A DNA stretch of 62,017 bases, the filler included. It is 4 parts of 4 records of this genome, joined end to end, with 100 filler letters (N's around TTAATTAATTAA, not from the genome) between each part and the next. Parts side by side here need not be neighbours in the genome. Positions count along the whole stretch, not along the records: positions 56,986 to 62,017 come from SRR31156797_9066; 3 more parts are not named here. One strand, given 5' to 3'. The notes beneath the pieces are model-generated. The model made no database searches and was not told the origin of the DNA. It was given only the letters and a program-made list of their open reading frames with translations. This document shows positions 58,716 to 62,017 of this stretch, in pieces; within the stretch, counting starts at the first letter, position 1; each line of letters starts with the position of its first letter. The position numbers were made by a program, and so were the translations under genes.

Positions 58716-60305
58716 ATGGATTTAAATGAATATCAAAAAAAAATGGAAGCTTCTGAATTAAAAAAGACATTAAATAATCAGATACTAGAGTTATTAGAGT
58801 TATTTGTTGATTTATCAGATTTAGAACACTTATCTTTCTATAAATTTGATTATGAATATAATGTTTTTGACTATGAATACTCTTTAAATAAAGATGGAGA
58901 TAAAATAGACAAACCAGAACACTCTGGAAAAACTTATAGAATAAAAATTAAAAAAGATAAACTAATCTATGGATATATTTTAATTGATAGAAGAGTTAAA
59001 TCTAAAAAAATATTAAAAAGACTGCTAGACAAAATTAGAAAACACTTCCATGAAAAGAAACAATTAGAAAAAACACTATTAGATAGTGATGCTTCTTTTA
59101 ATATATTTTTAGTTTATGATGAAGAGTTAAAAGCTTTTTCTGATAACCTAAAATCAGGGCTTAAAGCACTATTTAATACAGAAGTAGTTAGTACAAAAGA
59201 TATTGCTTTATATTCAAGCCAGTTAAAAGGCAAAGATACTAAACATATAATAATTTATCTAGTGGAAGACCAAAATAAGATAGTTCAAGATGAACAAATA
59301 ATAAAAGGTTTAAATGAACTAATAATTGTAATTGGTCCAAATGACCACTCTATTTCTATGTACTGTGGTAAACTTGGAATAGAAAACTATATTTCTATAA
59401 ATGAGTTTAAAGCAGAAAATATAAAAAGTATTATCTTAGATACAAGAAAAGAGTTACTTACTAAAAATAAATATGGTAATAAAATTATTGGTATTACGGG
59501 TATTACTGGTGGAATTGGTTCAACGACAATATCAATGAATGCCTGTGATTTATTATCAACAAATCTTCCTGAAAAAAATATTTTATATATTGATTTATCA
59601 AATACAAAAGCTATAAGTAATCTATTTTTAGAAGGAAATCCACTACCTGAAAAAACAATAGTAGATTTAATAAACTCTAGTGAATTTAATATAGAAAGTA
59701 ATCTAGAAAATGGGCTTATAAAAAGAAAAGAAAACTTCTATTGTATAACAGGAATTCAAAAACATATTGATAAAGAGTATATAGAAAGAGATGTATTTAT
59801 AGAGAAGCTTTTAGAGTATATTTCTAGTTCTAGTGACTATTTTAATTTTATTGTTATTGACTTAGGAGAAGCAGATGCTTCTAATTTAAAATCAACACTT
59901 TATGATGTGGTAAATGAACTATGGGTTATTACAGAGATGTCTTTACCTCACACTTCAAAACTAAAAACATTCTACTCTTTACTAAAAAGAGCAGGACTTA
60001 AAGATAAAACTTCGTTTGTAATAAATAGATTTGATTCAAAAAATGCAATTTCAATTTCAGATGCTACATCTATTTTAAATATGAATGATGATGAGAAAAA
60101 ACTATTTAATGAAATGAAAATACCAAATGATTATGAAGATTTAGGTAGCTGTTGGAACTACTGTAAGTTAGCTTCTGAACACGCAAAAAATTCTATCTTT
60201 GTTAAAAAATTGGATTCCATTTTAGAGAATAAAGGCTTTTATAAAAAAGAGAAAAAGTCTGAAACAAAAAGCTCTTTATTTTCATTTTTTAAAAAGAGTA
60301 AGTAA
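58716..60305 (+). CDS. TadZ/CpaE-like MinD-family protein with extended N-terminus
   Basis: Degenerate receiver-like region, deviant P-loop GITGGIGSTT, LYIDL, FIVIDL, VINRF and IPND. Directly before tadA. Confidence 0.8.
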   Translation: MDLNEYQKKMEASELKKTLNNQILELLELFVDLSDLEHLSFYKFDYEYNVFDYEYSLNKDGDKIDKPEHSGKTYRIKIKKDKLIYGYILIDRRVKSKKILKRLLDKIRKHFHEKKQLEKTLLDSDASFNIFLVYDEELKAFSDNLKSGLKALFNTEVVSTKDIALYSSQLKGKDTKHIIIYLVEDQNKIVQDEQIIKGLNELIIVIGPNDHSISMYCGKLGIENYISINEFKAENIKSIILDTRKELLTKNKYGNKIIGITGITGGIGSTTISMNACDLLSTNLPEKNILYIDLSNTKAISNLFLEGNPLPEKTIVDLINSSEFNIESNLENGLIKRKENFYCITGIQKHIDKEYIERDVFIEKLLEYISSSSDYFNFIVIDLGEADASNLKSTLYDVVNELWVITEMSLPHTSKLKTFYSLLKRAGLKDKTSFVINRFDSKNAISISDATSILNMNDDEKKLFNEMKIPNDYEDLGSCWNYCKLASEHAKNSIFVKKLDSILENKGFYKKEKKSETKSSLFSFFKKSK

Positions 60306-61894
60306 TGAAAAATTTAAAAGATTTAATTGATGAGCAAGAAGAGAGGGTTAGCTTTGAAGAACCGGCTCTTGAAGAAGAAATCAGTACTATTGATATTACC
60401 AAAACTAAAATTAATAAGATAAAAAGAAATATAAAAAATGATGAGTTAGTTTTCCCCGAGATTTATACAAACAAAGAGCTATATGATATTGCAGTTAAAA
60501 TAAATGACTCTTTTATGATGAATCTAAAATCAGAACAGAAAATTACAAAAGATAACCTTGATGAGGTTTTACCTGAGTTTATTCTATCTTTCCCTGAAAC
60601 TAGAAGTTTAAGAAGAGATATTTTAGAAGATATAAAACAAATGATTACAAACAATATCATTGGCTATGGACATATTTCTACAATTTTCTCAATAGCAAGA
60701 GATGGACTAAATGATGTTATTGTTAATACAAAAGATTATATTGACATTATTTACAATGGTAAAACTATGGAAACTCCTTTTACTTTTAGAAGTGAGGAAG
60801 AACTTAGAAAAATCATTGATAAAATGCTTGCAGAAAATAATAGAAAAATTGATGAAGCCCATCCTATTATATCAAGTAAATTAAATGATGGTTCAAGGGT
60901 TGAGGTACAAATTCCACCAATTGCAGCAAATGGTGGAAGCTGTGTGACGATTAGAAAATTTAATGATATTCCTTTACTACTTGAAATGCTAATTGATGGT
61001 GGGCAAATGGATTATAAGATGGCTTACTTCTTAGTAAAAGCTGCAAAAGGTAAGTGTAATATTATCGTATCTGGTGGTACTTCAAGTGGTAAAACAACTT
61101 TCTTAAATGCAATGACAAGATTTGTTGATGCAAATGAACAGCTTATGGTTATTGAAGATACAAGAGAAATGCAACCTCAAATGCCTTGTCACTCAATTAG
61201 ACAATATGAAGCAAGAATGGCAAATGAAGAAGGAAAAGGTGCTATTACCTTAGACTTTTTATTAAGATCAGCTCTGCGGTCATCTCCAAGAAGAATTATT
61301 GTTGGTGAGTGTAGGGGACCTGAGATTGTTGTAATGCTTAATGCCATGAATACAGGACACCCAGGCTCTATGACTACAGTTCACGCAGATAATACAAAAG
61401 AAGCACTAGTAAGAATTGAGAATATGTATTTAGAGGCTAGACCTAGTGCAAATATCAACTTTATTCGTACTCAAATGGCATCAGCAGTTGATGTGATTAT
61501 TCAGCTTGTTAGATTCCCTGATGGTACAAGAAAACTAATTGCAATTTCTGAGATTGAAAGAAGAATAGAAGATAACGGAGTAATCTCTTTAAATGATATT
61601 TTCAAATTCAAAAGAGATACAAGTGATTTAAAAAAGACAAAGGGTGAGTTTGAAGTTTTATCAACTCCAAGTAGAACAGTTGACCAAATGAATATGTTTG
61701 GTGTTGATATTGATAAAAGGGTTTTTGACCCTAATTTTGAGATGCCAAAACAGATGTTGATTGAAGCTTTAGAGAATGATTTACCTTCTGTTATGTGTGG
61801 TTGGAAAGATGAGTTTGTTACAGCCTTTTTAGAAAAAGACCCTCAACTTTTCCATAAGTGGCCACACTTCCAAAAGTTAGTAAAGGATAATTAG
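60305..61894 (+). CDS. tadA: Tad pilus assembly ATPase TadA/CpaF
   Basis: RKIDEAHP, DGSRV, TIRKF, SGGTSSGKTT, IEDTRE, LR..P.RIIVGECRG and AMNTGHPGSMTTVHA. Confidence 0.93.
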   Translation: MKNLKDLIDEQEERVSFEEPALEEEISTIDITKTKINKIKRNIKNDELVFPEIYTNKELYDIAVKINDSFMMNLKSEQKITKDNLDEVLPEFILSFPETRSLRRDILEDIKQMITNNIIGYGHISTIFSIARDGLNDVIVNTKDYIDIIYNGKTMETPFTFRSEEELRKIIDKMLAENNRKIDEAHPIISSKLNDGSRVEVQIPPIAANGGSCVTIRKFNDIPLLLEMLIDGGQMDYKMAYFLVKAAKGKCNIIVSGGTSSGKTTFLNAMTRFVDANEQLMVIEDTREMQPQMPCHSIRQYEARMANEEGKGAITLDFLLRSALRSSPRRIIVGECRGPEIVVMLNAMNTGHPGSMTTVHADNTKEALVRIENMYLEARPSANINFIRTQMASAVDVIIQLVRFPDGTRKLIAISEIERRIEDNGVISLNDIFKFKRDTSDLKKTKGEFEVLSTPSRTVDQMNMFGVDIDKRVFDPNFEMPKQMLIEALENDLPSVMCGWKDEFVTAFLEKDPQLFHKWPHFQKLVKDN

Positions 61895-61896
61895 AT

Positions 61897-62017
61897 ATGA
61901 ATAATTTAGTTCTATTTTTTATCATTGTAATTCCTGTTTTATTAATTACACTTTTTTCTTATCTTTACTCATATTACATGAGATTAAGTAGTCAAAAAAG
62001 AATCATAAATGTTTTAG
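61897..62017 (+). CDS. Probable TadB-like membrane protein, 3'-truncated
   Basis: ATG 2 nt after the tadA stop. MNNLVLFFIIVIPVLLITLFSYLYSYYMR... is open to the window end. The call rests on position and the TM segment only. Confidence 0.55.
   Translation, partial: MNNLVLFFIIVIPVLLITLFSYLYSYYMRLSSQKRIINVL

Overview
This window is not one locus. It is four unrelated contigs joined by 100-nt N-spacers that carry the all-frame-stop linker TTAATTAATTAA (9741-9840, 37876-37975, 56886-56985), so gene context must not be read across the spacers. Taxonomy below is inferred from gene style, not searched. Contig A (1-9740, probably an anaerobic Bacteroidales) encodes an M64 peptidase, a STAS protein, an acylating aldehyde dehydrogenase, a 3'-5' exonuclease, a lipoprotein, mnmD, and an aldehyde:ferredoxin oxidoreductase divergent from thiF/thiS-like genes. 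Contig B (9841-37875, probably Desulfobulbales-like Desulfobacterota) encodes an unusual FtsK with no membrane domain and a ZapA-like N-terminus, two pseudogenes, and an acid-sphingomyelinase-like lipoprotein. It also has a C-P lyase operon (phnCDE-GHIJKLM, hexapeptide transferase, phnN, DUF1045), patB, a Zn-ADH family gene, an orphan GT4 running into a group IIC intron remnant, and cvfB. Near its end is a ~3.3 kb islet between two tRNA-Pro 3' remnants that encodes an AB5-toxin-B-subunit-like protein and an STN/32-aa-repeat protein. Contig C (37976-56885, AT-rich Bacteroidales) has cysN, fadL plus a YG/RS-rich lipoprotein, a multidomain GH43, GH30, AKR, asnB, an ECF sigma factor, GT2 and two divergent phosphofructokinases. 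Contig D (56986-62017, very AT-rich, probably Campylobacterota/Arcobacteraceae) is a Tad pilus locus with non-canonical pilin N-termini. The best candidates for something new are the ZapA-like/FtsK fusion, the StxB-like plus STN-repeat gene pair, and the Tad pilins that lack Glu+5.
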